IMG/VR virus record: IMGVR_UViG_3300045988_148145
Length of the DNA: 56,785 nucleotides
Strand: one strand, 5' to 3'
Origin: a virus
Position 1 is the first letter of the stretch, and every line of letters starts with the position of its first letter. Under the pieces are notes generated by a model, which searched no databases, was not told where the DNA came from, and worked only from the letters and a program-made list of their open reading frames with translations. Of the stretch, positions 8,401 to 17,800 are shown piece after piece. Position numbers and translations under genes: made by a program.

Positions 8401-9260
8401 AAATTCTAGGGAAAAAAGGAAAAAATAACGACCTTGACGTTAGAGATCTTGGGTTGGCAACGGTAGAACAATTAAAAGATTTTTTAAGCGGAGGACAAAT
8501 AGCATTTAAAGATGGATTCACCACTTTAATTGAGCTAGAGAAACAGGGATACAGTTTAACTGATGCGGACAAGTGGAAAAGTATCGTCGATGAGTGGGAT
8601 AAATTAAACGAGCAAGCGGATCAATTAAAAGAAACCGTTAGCGAGATTAATACCGGGATTAATTTTGATGAAGCTCGAGACGGTTTAGATGATTTCCTTT
8701 TAAGTGCAGACACGACATTTAAAGACATTTCTGATAACTTCGAGGACTACATGAGACAATCTATATTAAACGTTGTCAAATCAGATTACCTAAATAAAGA
8801 AATGAAAGAATGGTACGATCAGTTTGACAAGATGTCTAAAGATGGTGCGTTATCAGCGTCTGATGTTGAAACTCTTCGGGAGAAATACGAAACCATTTAT
8901 AATGAAGCTCAAAATAGAATTGATGAACTATTAAACGCCGCCGGGGTGAACTTGGAAGGAGCAGTTCCTAATAGTCAAGCGGGGGCGATTTCAGAGACCA
9001 TAACAGAAGAAACAGCATCTGTTATGATGGGTATCTGGCGGGGACAGTATGACGTGACGAAGAATATTCACACGGAACTAATCTCGTTACGCTCGGATTA
9101 TAAAGCTGCTATTTCAAAATCTAACGACATTCTTGACATGATAGCTTCAAATACTGGAAGAACTGCCGACAACACGGATGGCATCGGAACAACCCTCAAG
9201 AGCATAGACAACAGACTAAAAACACTAGAAACTAACTCGAACAAGAAATACACGAAGTAG
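5442..9260 (+). CDS. tail tape measure protein
   Basis: 1272 aa. It has a TP901-type core near the N terminus (TPFDLKGVADGARQLLAYGF...GIPVLQGLADMYGKT), hydrophobic segments, and a long coiled coil. Confidence 0.9.
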   Translation: MADGQLNIQAKLDINDLVKTAARYRQEVTRMGVITDQQGNVMSTAWTRMKQAATAYLSLDIARKIAETRGQFQQLEVAFTTLLGSQEKSAALMSQLVETAAKTPFDLKGVADGARQLLAYGFAAEDVNETLIRLGNVAAGLGLPLERLTFLYGTTAVQGRLYARDMLQFQSSGIPVLQGLADMYGKTTSEINDMVTAGKIGFEDVRKVIEQMTNEGGKFYNLMENQSKTITGQISNLGDALDMMFNNIGQANEGIISDVISGATYIVENYEKVLNILKILIATYGTYKASLIAVAAAQKISVSIQTISTWLSLAKTIRTAKDAQIAFNLATKANPYVLLATVLVGVGTALYQFTKKTDTARIALEKFNKEAEKQAEEIKTLIGIASDETNATYSRQLALESLRKIDPQYFKDMDLESLKTVNLIELNDRLAKAIREKNKADAETKIKETQNAISAIKKEIDFLNKTAVKNRGERLNKANKRLKELNQELGEQNSILNKINSDIKSQEEAEKRAKEEAAKRGEEVKKTVKWYEDEIKALKDLQETSTTSKEFNDYQKRIDQLNKEKEAITGASKATKDAEKRRLETVKKINEELLSLEEQNQNSRIELMKEGTEKEIAQINLDYQRRITEIKKLADKWAKEQGGKLTTEQNIQVSTAFTSAENIKNKDTAEVYKKELDDLLKQYQDFDAKRRSIDDKYAKDKQTLESRRTTSNASEIDSAINELNYQKEEALKEIAMEFASRNEEFEIWMNQIATFSMEELQKRLREARALLGSLQIAGVGGDKLAEAIAKVVTLEKEIANQKKKTSTSPDKRSVKDWQELYKTLSKVDEQFKEIGDSIGGTAGELLSSAGSISTAILSMIDGIITLTTGSIKSVEGMSDAAAKAIKAVETASVILAIVSAALQVVTKIFSMFKGKSKAEKDSERLSKVTNKIAETNEIINNLIEKRIDLIKAATTAERNGLKLTTEEAIKAQQDLIQVQYSKLWKNEILGKKGKNNDLDVRDLGLATVEQLKDFLSGGQIAFKDGFTTLIELEKQGYSLTDADKWKSIVDEWDKLNEQADQLKETVSEINTGINFDEARDGLDDFLLSADTTFKDISDNFEDYMRQSILNVVKSDYLNKEMKEWYDQFDKMSKDGALSASDVETLREKYETIYNEAQNRIDELLNAAGVNLEGAVPNSQAGAISETITEETASVMMGIWRGQYDVTKNIHTELISLRSDYKAAISKSNDILDMIASNTGRTADNTDGIGTTLKSIDNRLKTLETNSNKKYTK

Positions 9261-9261
9261 C

Positions 9262-9867
9262 ATGAGCACATTGGGGAAGATGAAGGATAACAACGAGATT
9301 AAATTAACCAACAAACAGGAGCGTTTCTGTTACGAATATTGTATTGACTTCAACGCAACCCAAGCAGCTATTAGAGCTGGATATAATCCAACTGCCGCTT
9401 ACGCAACTGGATATGAAAACCTCAAAAAACCTCAAATTAAAAAGCGAATTGAAGAAATGCAAGCTAATCTCGCTAGAACATCGGGTATTTCAGCATTGCG
9501 TGTACTAAAAGAACACGAGAAACTTGCTTTCTCTAATGCCGCTAGATTCAGGAGCGGGTGGATAACCTTGAAAGAATTTGAATCTTTATCTGACGATGAT
9601 AAGGCTTGTATACAAGAAGTGTCAACAAAAACAATCAAAAGAACAATTGGTGACGAGCCAGTAGAAGAAGAATTCGTCAAAATAAAGTTATATGACAAGC
9701 AGAAAAGCTTGGATAGCATTAGCAAGATGTTAGGTTTTGACGCACCTGTAAAGCAAGAGATCACTGGGAAAGATGGGAAGAATATTTTCGAGAGTATCGA
9801 CCTAAGTAAACTATCTCAAGAAGAATTAACCCTATACTATAATCTTTTAAAAAAGGCTAATGGCTGA
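9262..9867 (+). CDS. terS: terminase small subunit
   Basis: The N terminus LTNKQERFCYEYCIDFNATQAAIRAGYNP...YENLKKPQIKKRI is typical of P27/Terminase_2 small subunits. Confidence 0.85.
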   Translation: MSTLGKMKDNNEIKLTNKQERFCYEYCIDFNATQAAIRAGYNPTAAYATGYENLKKPQIKKRIEEMQANLARTSGISALRVLKEHEKLAFSNAARFRSGWITLKEFESLSDDDKACIQEVSTKTIKRTIGDEPVEEEFVKIKLYDKQKSLDSISKMLGFDAPVKQEITGKDGKNIFESIDLSKLSQEELTLYYNLLKKANG

Positions 9868-11284
9868 AAAGATAACATATCACCCGCTCTTATCTGCAGA
9901 GATTGAAATGTTCAAACGTGGCATGTTTGATTTTGTCACGATTTGTGCCGGGTTAAAGCATTTAAAACAAGAACAAGCCTTACAAGTGTTGACTGGGAAC
10001 GATGTCGTTGAATTGCTTTACGGGGGTGCCGCAGGAGGAGCGAAATCATGGACTGGATGTACTTGGCTTGCTTTTTCATGCTTGGCTTATCCCGGCACAA
10101 AATGGTTTATAGGGCGTAAAGAATTAAAAAGCCTAAGAGAAACCACGTTGATTACTTTTTACAAGGTATGTTCGATGTATAATATTAAAAGAGGTGTTGA
10201 CTTTACTTATAACGGGCAAGATCATTTTATCGAATTCAAAAACGGATCTAGGATTGACTTGCTAGACCTTCGGTATTTACCTTCAGACCCCATGTATGAA
10301 AGATATGGTTCATCTGAGTATACAGGGGGATGGATCGAGGAAGGTGGAGAGATTGATTTCGGTGCTTACGATACTCTTAAAACCCGTGTCGGGCGGCACT
10401 TGAATTCTCAATATGGACTTTTACGTAAAATATTCATTTCTTGTAACCCGAAAAAAAACTGGATGTACACAACATTTTACAAGCCAGCAAAAAACGATGA
10501 ACTTCCCTCATACATGAGATATTTGTCATGTCTAGTTGATGACAACCCGTTTATGGATAAAGGTTACGTGGAGGCTCTTGAATCTACAAAAGACAAGGTA
10601 AAATACGAGAGGCTGAGGAAGGGAAATTGGGATTACGATGATAACCCAAACATGCTTTGCTCCTACGATGCAATCACAGAAATATTCAACAACGCTATAG
10701 CCAAGAAAACTGGAAAAAGATACTTGACCGCCGATATAGCAAGGTATGGGTCAGATAAAGCTATTATACTTGTATGGGATGGCTACGTGATTATTGATTA
10801 CATGGTGTTTGATATTAGTAGTACAACACAAATCCAATCAGCAATCATGCATCTTAGACAAAAATACCAAATCCCAACGTACAGGTGTATTGCTGACGAG
10901 GATGGTGTTGGCGGTGGTGTAGTTGATTCTTGTCGTATACTCGGTTTCCATAATGGCGGAAAACCTTTTGATGGGGAGAATTACCAGAATCTACAATCTC
11001 AATGCGTGTACAAGTTAGCGGAACACGTCAATGGTAATGACGTGGGTTTTGAGGCTGAAATAAGCGAAGATGATAAAGAATGCATAATCATCGAGCTTGA
11101 ACAAATGCAATCATGGGATGTTGACTCTGACGGGAAATTGAAAATTAAACCTAAAGAAGAAATAAAGAAAGATATTGGTCGCTCTCCGGACTGGAGAGAT
11201 GTTATAATGATGAGAGCGTATTTTGATTATAAAGACATCACCCCATTACCTAATAATGCGGATGAATACTTTGATTTGTTGTAA
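9860..11284 (+). CDS. terL: terminase large subunit
   Basis: 474 aa with Walker A-like GGAAGGAKSW, positioned after terS. Confidence 0.85.
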   Translation: MAEKITYHPLLSAEIEMFKRGMFDFVTICAGLKHLKQEQALQVLTGNDVVELLYGGAAGGAKSWTGCTWLAFSCLAYPGTKWFIGRKELKSLRETTLITFYKVCSMYNIKRGVDFTYNGQDHFIEFKNGSRIDLLDLRYLPSDPMYERYGSSEYTGGWIEEGGEIDFGAYDTLKTRVGRHLNSQYGLLRKIFISCNPKKNWMYTTFYKPAKNDELPSYMRYLSCLVDDNPFMDKGYVEALESTKDKVKYERLRKGNWDYDDNPNMLCSYDAITEIFNNAIAKKTGKRYLTADIARYGSDKAIILVWDGYVIIDYMVFDISSTTQIQSAIMHLRQKYQIPTYRCIADEDGVGGGVVDSCRILGFHNGGKPFDGENYQNLQSQCVYKLAEHVNGNDVGFEAEISEDDKECIIIELEQMQSWDVDSDGKLKIKPKEEIKKDIGRSPDWRDVIMMRAYFDYKDITPLPNNADEYFDLL

Positions 11285-11327
11285 ATTGTAGATATTTTTG
11301 TGAAACAAGCTTGTGATGTTGCAAGCT
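11270..11327 (+). promoter_or_regulatory. Promoter (-33 TTTG 11270-11273, -7 TATTTTTG 11293-11300) plus conserved stem-loop copy 2 (11308-11327)
   Basis: The hairpin is AGCTTGT-GATGTT-GCAAGCT. It starts 8 nt after the -7 box and ends 19 nt before the portal ATG. Confidence 0.5.
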
Positions 11328-11346
11328 ACTAAAATCAACGGCAGGC

Positions 11347-12834
11347 ATGATAATAATAGACTTTTTCAATTCTTCAGTAAATTGGTTCCTTAATACTTTT
11401 GGTGCAAAAAGAGATTTGTTAGAACTTATCAAGGATAAGGATATAAACAAGGCCATACAATCTTTCCAATGTAGGGATTCAGATGTTGAAATCGCAATAT
11501 CTGAATTAGATCCAGCATTGCACAAGGTTAATCGAAGGCCAAACAAGAAAAGAATCGGCAAACCAGACAAGATAACGGCAAAACTTGCAATCCCCTGTCA
11601 GCGACACATAAACGAGGTCGAGTTAGCGTTTTTATATGGCACGATGCCAACTTGGAATCAAACATCAATAAATACGGATAGGGCGTTTGAGGCTTTCGGC
11701 AATTTTTTAAAAAACACTCGCTGGGGAACGACACAGCGAGAATTTAAAAGAACTGCTGGTGGTGAAACTGAATCCGCAAAATTGTATTACGTGTACATGG
11801 ACACAGAAACACAAAAGAAAAAAGTTGGGGTAAAAGTCCTTGCCAAGACGAAAGGAGACGAAATTAGACCTTTATTTGATCAATATGGAAATATGCTTGC
11901 ATTCGGGCATGGGTATTACTTGAAAGAAGGTAATACAATCGTTCGGCATTTTGATATTTACTGCCCAGATTACGTTTTCAGATGCACTCAAAAGAATATT
12001 GGCTGGGATGTTATAACAGAGAAAAACGATATTGGCAAAATACCAGTTATATATGTGCAACAACCCAAAGCATGGGATGGTGTGCAAGCATTAATAGACA
12101 GGCTTGAAGAGTTACGATCACGTGTATCTGATGTTAATGACTACGTGGCGGATCCTATCTTGAAAATGTCAACAGATATTATGATTGCTCGAAATGAAGC
12201 AAAAATAAATAATAGCATTAAAAGTGGCCTTCCTGATCCAGACACGAGTGGAGGAGGTAAAACTGTCGGATTGCCAACAAAAGATAGTATCATGGAGTAT
12301 CTCACGGTAGATACTGCCGTTGACCTAAAAAAGAATGAAATTGAAGATTTAGACAAGGTAATCAAGGTAATGTCAATGACACCAGACCTTACTTTTGAAG
12401 CTTTAATATCCGCAGGGGCACCTACTGGAAGGGCGTTAAGGAGAGCTATGGCATTAGGCTACATGAAACGAGCTAAAAATATAGAAATATACTCGATAGC
12501 TCAAGACAGGGAAGCAAATTTGATTAAAGCTATAATCGGCAATGTTCTTGACATTTCTCTAAAATCAGAGATGGAAAAATTAATAGTCCATTCGGAATTT
12601 GGAGAACCATTCCAAGATGACATTAGCGAGAAAATAAGCGATATTATCAAACTGAGAGATGCAGGTCTCCTAAGTCAAGAAACGGCTATGTCTTTGATCG
12701 ATTACATTAAAGATGTTCAATCTGAAATAGATAAAATAAAGACAGAGCTAGAGGAAAAACAACAAATGTTATCCGAGCAAATGGGTGCAGGATCTTTATT
12801 CGGGCAATTCAGAAATAACACAGAAGAAGAATGA
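11347..12834 (+). CDS. portal protein
   Basis: 495 aa, positioned between terL and the MuF-like head morphogenesis gene. Confidence 0.75.
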   Translation: MIIIDFFNSSVNWFLNTFGAKRDLLELIKDKDINKAIQSFQCRDSDVEIAISELDPALHKVNRRPNKKRIGKPDKITAKLAIPCQRHINEVELAFLYGTMPTWNQTSINTDRAFEAFGNFLKNTRWGTTQREFKRTAGGETESAKLYYVYMDTETQKKKVGVKVLAKTKGDEIRPLFDQYGNMLAFGHGYYLKEGNTIVRHFDIYCPDYVFRCTQKNIGWDVITEKNDIGKIPVIYVQQPKAWDGVQALIDRLEELRSRVSDVNDYVADPILKMSTDIMIARNEAKINNSIKSGLPDPDTSGGGKTVGLPTKDSIMEYLTVDTAVDLKKNEIEDLDKVIKVMSMTPDLTFEALISAGAPTGRALRRAMALGYMKRAKNIEIYSIAQDREANLIKAIIGNVLDISLKSEMEKLIVHSEFGEPFQDDISEKISDIIKLRDAGLLSQETAMSLIDYIKDVQSEIDKIKTELEEKQQMLSEQMGAGSLFGQFRNNTEEE

Positions 12835-13934
12835 ACCTAGATAAACTCACCATCGAGGAACTAAAAAAAATGCTAGATCAGTTGCAGATAGAGACATCAA
12901 CACGAATTGATGACGCCTTCAATAAATTCGTGGATGATATTTCTAACATGGGGCTTATCAAGTCTTACCTGTCTTCTAAGGAGCAAAAATTTTTAAGCGA
13001 GATGAAAAGGCTATCAAATGCTATAAGCAATCACATTGATAGCCTTGTTGATGATATACACGTGATAAATACTACATCATCGAATATCTCATGGAAAATT
13101 GGAGAAAAAATTGCAGAGAAAGAGATTAAATCCATCATTCCTGAAGGTCTATTTGAAAAATTACGGGCAAACGGCATATTTGAACATAGGAAGAAATCCC
13201 TCGATAGTTTTACCATGAGTAAAAAGGATTTCAGAATATCTTCACGTGTATGGAAAGAGGGAATAAAAGGACAAATCGAAGATTCCTTACAACTTGCATT
13301 TGTAGATGGAAAGAGCGCAAACGAGTTATCACGTGATATTCGCAAGTGCTTGCAAGAACCTGACCGACTTTATAGGAGAGTCCGTGACGCAGAAACTGGA
13401 GAGTTAAAATTAAGCAAAGCGGCAAAAGAGTACCATCCGGGGCAGGGCGTTTACAGGTCAAGTTATAAAAACGCAATGAGATTATGCCGTAACGAGATAA
13501 ACAAATCATATAGACGTGCAGAATGGGAAAGCTATCAATATAATCCCGCCATTGTTGGATTCAGGATTAGGTTATCCAATAATCACACGCTAAACGGGAA
13601 ACCATTCGTTGATATATGTGATTATGCACAAGGCGTGTATCCAAAGGATTTCAAGTGGCATGGTTGGCACGTTCAATGTCGTTGCGTCATGGAACCTGTA
13701 TTCGCTCCAAGGATTGACTTGGAAAAGATGGAAGACGCTATTCTGGCAGGAGGTAACGCAGAAGATATTCAGGTGAAACAAGTATCATCTATCCCGAAGA
13801 AATTCATTGATTGGTCGCAAAAGCACAAAAAACAAATATCTGGTTGGGACTCAAAACCAGATTACATTCTTGATAATAAAGCTTACGCTGAAAAATATTT
13901 CACGTACAAGGATGTATTTAAGAAAGATTCATGA
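12831..13934 (+). CDS. minor head / head morphogenesis protein (SPP1 gp7 / Mu F-like)
   Basis: 367 aa. The C-terminal NHTLNGKPF...HVQCRCV resembles the MuF domain, and it follows the portal gene. Confidence 0.7.
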   Translation: MNLDKLTIEELKKMLDQLQIETSTRIDDAFNKFVDDISNMGLIKSYLSSKEQKFLSEMKRLSNAISNHIDSLVDDIHVINTTSSNISWKIGEKIAEKEIKSIIPEGLFEKLRANGIFEHRKKSLDSFTMSKKDFRISSRVWKEGIKGQIEDSLQLAFVDGKSANELSRDIRKCLQEPDRLYRRVRDAETGELKLSKAAKEYHPGQGVYRSSYKNAMRLCRNEINKSYRRAEWESYQYNPAIVGFRIRLSNNHTLNGKPFVDICDYAQGVYPKDFKWHGWHVQCRCVMEPVFAPRIDLEKMEDAILAGGNAEDIQVKQVSSIPKKFIDWSQKHKKQISGWDSKPDYILDNKAYAEKYFTYKDVFKKDS

Positions 13935-13966
13935 TTTTATACTGTATAAAATTTTGATATTATTCT

Positions 13967-14019
13967 TTTGAAAGAAACTATAATTTTATATCTTTGTTGA
14001 AGCATGTGATGTTACATGC
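13967..14019 (+). promoter_or_regulatory. Promoter (-33 TTTG 13967-13970, -7 TATCTTTG 13989-13996) plus conserved stem-loop copy 3 (14002-14019)
   Basis: The hairpin is GCATGT-GATGTT-ACATGC. Its loop contains the in-frame ATG at 14009. Confidence 0.5.
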
Positions 14020-14869
14020 CACCCAAATATCTACGGACGGAATGGCTGAATATTATCTTAATAATAAACCTCTTTCTGATTTTGGTATCGTACCATCTCG
14101 TAGCAACAAGCATATAGCTTTGTCGGGATGCTTTGACCTTCCTAAAAGAATTGGTGACACTTATTTTGACTGGCCTCGTGAAAACGGTGTAGATCCTTAT
14201 GTAGACGAAAGCGATATTCAATTTGACTCAAGAAGCATTAGATTCACCGGGTACATTATCGGGAATCTTGAATTAAATGTTCGGTCTTTACAAAATTACG
14301 TTTTAGCACTACCTGAATTATCCATGCTATCTTGTAAATGGGGGTCATGGAATGTTAAAGTCAACAAGAGCATAGACATCACCCCTATTGACAAAAATAA
14401 CGCAAGAATAAGCATTTCATTCGTTGAACCAACTCCAGATTTATCCGGAACATTACCACCTATATCAACGATCAAGGATATTGATGATTATTCTTGGAAA
14501 TCTTTAGGTTTATACATTGAAAAAATTAATGGGAGTTTTAATATTAAACCTCTCAAATCCCTTGACGTGACTCAAAACCCGGATAGAACAATTCGATCAA
14601 CAGGAGGAGAAGACAAGGGCAAGGTTACTATTTCGGCTCACGTTGTAGCAACTTCTTTTGAAGATTTCAAATCAAGAATAAAATCGCTATACAGATTATT
14701 CGGAAGTACTGGACTAAGAACAATAAATTATCGAGGCAGATCTATTTATTGTTTTGCTATTAATGGATTTACCATCACGAATGTTATCATGAAAGATATT
14801 ATCGTGGCAAAATTCACGTGCGAGCTAATTGAAACAAGCAAAATGATCAATGCAAATGAAGACATATAG
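14009..14869 (+). CDS. putative distal tail protein (Dit-like)
   Basis: ORF directly upstream of the Tal-like giant gene. The start is uncertain: ATG 14009 or 14042, while the track uses TTG 13994. Confidence 0.45.
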   Translation: MLHATQISTDGMAEYYLNNKPLSDFGIVPSRSNKHIALSGCFDLPKRIGDTYFDWPRENGVDPYVDESDIQFDSRSIRFTGYIIGNLELNVRSLQNYVLALPELSMLSCKWGSWNVKVNKSIDITPIDKNNARISISFVEPTPDLSGTLPPISTIKDIDDYSWKSLGLYIEKINGSFNIKPLKSLDVTQNPDRTIRSTGGEDKGKVTISAHVVATSFEDFKSRIKSLYRLFGSTGLRTINYRGRSIYCFAINGFTITNVIMKDIIVAKFTCELIETSKMINANEDI

Positions 14870-17800
14870 CATATACAGGCTAGGCGTAAAGAAGCACGAT
14901 TTCGTAATAGAAGATGATGACATAAGACGTTCGATGTCTCACGATAATAACGTGTCATTTAATGTTGAATCAAAGGATAGTCTTGACATCAAAATAGGGG
15001 ATTACATCATAGAAGACGGTAGCCATTACACTATTTATGACCCTATTGACGTGGAAGAAAGTAATGGGGTCTTCTCCTACCCTCTTGTCTTTCGTTCTCC
15101 TGACTATAAGTTGAAATTTTCCATTGTGAAAGACGAGGGAGCGACCACATTCCCTTATCACGGGGGAATAAAAGAATTCGTTGATCTTGTAATATTATCC
15201 TTGAACGAGGATCAACAAGAATACACTGCAGGGGATATTGACGAGGGTAATATTATCGATCTCGAATTTGACAATAGCTCTTGTTTCCAAGCTCTCGATG
15301 ATATATGCGAGGCGGCAAACATGGAATGGAACCTTATAGGCACTAGTATTAACGTGAAATACCGTATCGGGAAAGACGTGGATGTAGTGTTCGAATACGG
15401 CAAAGAGAAAGGTGGATATTCGGTTAGACTTGATAAAGTACAAAACACATCAATCGTAACCCGGTTAATTGGGAAAGGTGGAACGATTAACCTTCCCAAA
15501 GATTATGTGTCCCCCGACACGCCAAAGCGGTTGAATTTAGGGAACGAGATACTAGAAAAGAATATTGACAAATACGGCAAAATCACGGGTGTTTACACGA
15601 ACGATAATATATATCCACGACTAATAAATAAAACCGTTTTAGAAGTAACAATTCCAGAAGATATAGAAAAAGCAACTTCATGGAAGTTAAAACTTGATCT
15701 CCCGTTTGATCTATCACAACAATACGCAGATGATAAAACTCCATTAATAAAATTCCAAACAGGAGATCTAACCGGAAGTGAATTTGAAATTGTTGATAAT
15801 AGCTGGAATAACACTGATAAAACGTTACAAATCATCGTTCAAGAAGAAGAGGATGGTTACAGGCTGCCTAACACAAGTAGGCAACCTAGAATTGGGGACG
15901 TTTTTGTCTTGCTAAATATAAATATGCCTCAATCCTACATTGACGAGGCTGAAGAAGAATTAAGAAAAGCGACACAAGAAGAATTAAATAAAAGGAGTGA
16001 ACCACAATACGCTCCAAGTGTAAAAGTTAGTAAAAGATTTTTACGAAAAAAAGGTTATTCTCTTGAAATTGGGGATAGCATAACAGTAAAAGTTGGTGAT
16101 CATAGCATTAACACTAGAATATTGGCGATAAACCAATCTTCTAGTAGTGACGAAATAAACTATGAGCTTGGTGACGAAATATTGTATTCTTACGAGGATA
16201 ACGTGAATAATCAAATCGAACAAATACAAGTTACATTAAAACAGCTTATCAGTTTAGAAGATGTTCGAAGATTATTTAATATCCTTATCAACCAGTGGAG
16301 ACCGTTATGGTTCGATCAAAAGCTCCACACTTATGATCCGGTGGAGTTCAATAGCGTTACCTCCCCTCTTTTCATCTTCAACGAGCTTACCACTCCGGAG
16401 TTCGTTTCGGGCCTTCTCGGTGCCGGGACAAGGCTAAAGGACAATCACCTTGAACTCGACGAGATCACCGTGAGGAAACGCATGAACGTCTTCGAGTTGT
16501 TGATCCAGCGTGTTCGTGCCGTTGGAGGCCAGTTACTCCTGTCCCCGGCAAGTATCAAGATTTCAACCGTGGAAGAGCTAGAGAACGGTTACAAGTGTTC
16601 CTTCAACACCGATGACCAGACCATCCCAGAGCCTTTCGTGTTAAACGACCAAGCCTTTCACCAGACGTTTACAGGGAAGGGTATAAACCGTTACTGGCGT
16701 TTGACAACCGAGGCGGGAGACGATTACTTCGTCTTGAGTAAAACGGATTGCGAACCGGGTTCGGGGATACCACAACCCGGCGACGAGGTGATCCTGCTCG
16801 GTAACAGGACGGACAAGGCTCGTCAAAGTGCCATGATGCTCAGTGCTTACGGTAACGATGCCCCTTACCTTGACACTTACGACGGTATAAACGATTATAA
16901 CCTTAGCGGTAAATTGCTTACTAGAGAGGGGAACCTAACCGGGATAGTGGATGAAGTGTTCGGACAATTATCCGGTTCTGGATTCTACGGCAAGAACGTT
17001 TACTTGAGGGGGAAATTCGCCCTCTCTTCCGGTGTCAGCGTGGAGGACAAGTTCGGTCAAACCGATTCTCAAATGAACAACTTGCAAGGACAATTAACTA
17101 ACCAGCAAGGGCAGTTAAACACGCAGCAGGGACAGATAACGAACATTCAAACGGACATACTCGCAATCCCCGGACAGATCAAGCAAGAGGTGTCGCAAAC
17201 CGTGACGTACGAGGTCGGCAACCTCCAAATCGGCATGGTCAACCTGTTGAAGGGGAGTAACGTGGAGCTTGGGGCGCAGGCGTACAACATGGGTAGGTAT
17301 TATTACGACAAGAAGCCGGAAGTTGGCAAGACATACACGTTAGTCACTTGTTACACACTAGGGGAAGATAACACGAGTATCGGGGCATATCAAGATGGTG
17401 GTAGTTACTTTATTTCTAGTTTTACAACTAAAGGAGATAGGGTTGTTGAAAGTAAAACGTTCAAGTATTCGACTCCCAGTTCTCCAACCATGATGACATT
17501 CTACCAGTTCCCCAACGGCACCTACGGCAGTAAAGTACACTGGGCTGTACTAGTGGAAGGTAACAAGGGACCCAATAGCTGGATACCGTCACAGGCTGAC
17601 AATGATGCTAAAGCCCAAGCCATCGCCAAGGCCGAGGCAGAACTAGCAGAGACCAAGGCAAATGCCTACGCTGACGGTATCGTGACGGAAGCGGAGCAAA
17701 ACGCTATCAACGAGGCGCAGGCTAGGCTAGACGCTTTAAAAATCGGATCCGTAAACCTAGTGAGCAGGAAGATGATGCTCGCCTGGAACGAGAAGAACAA

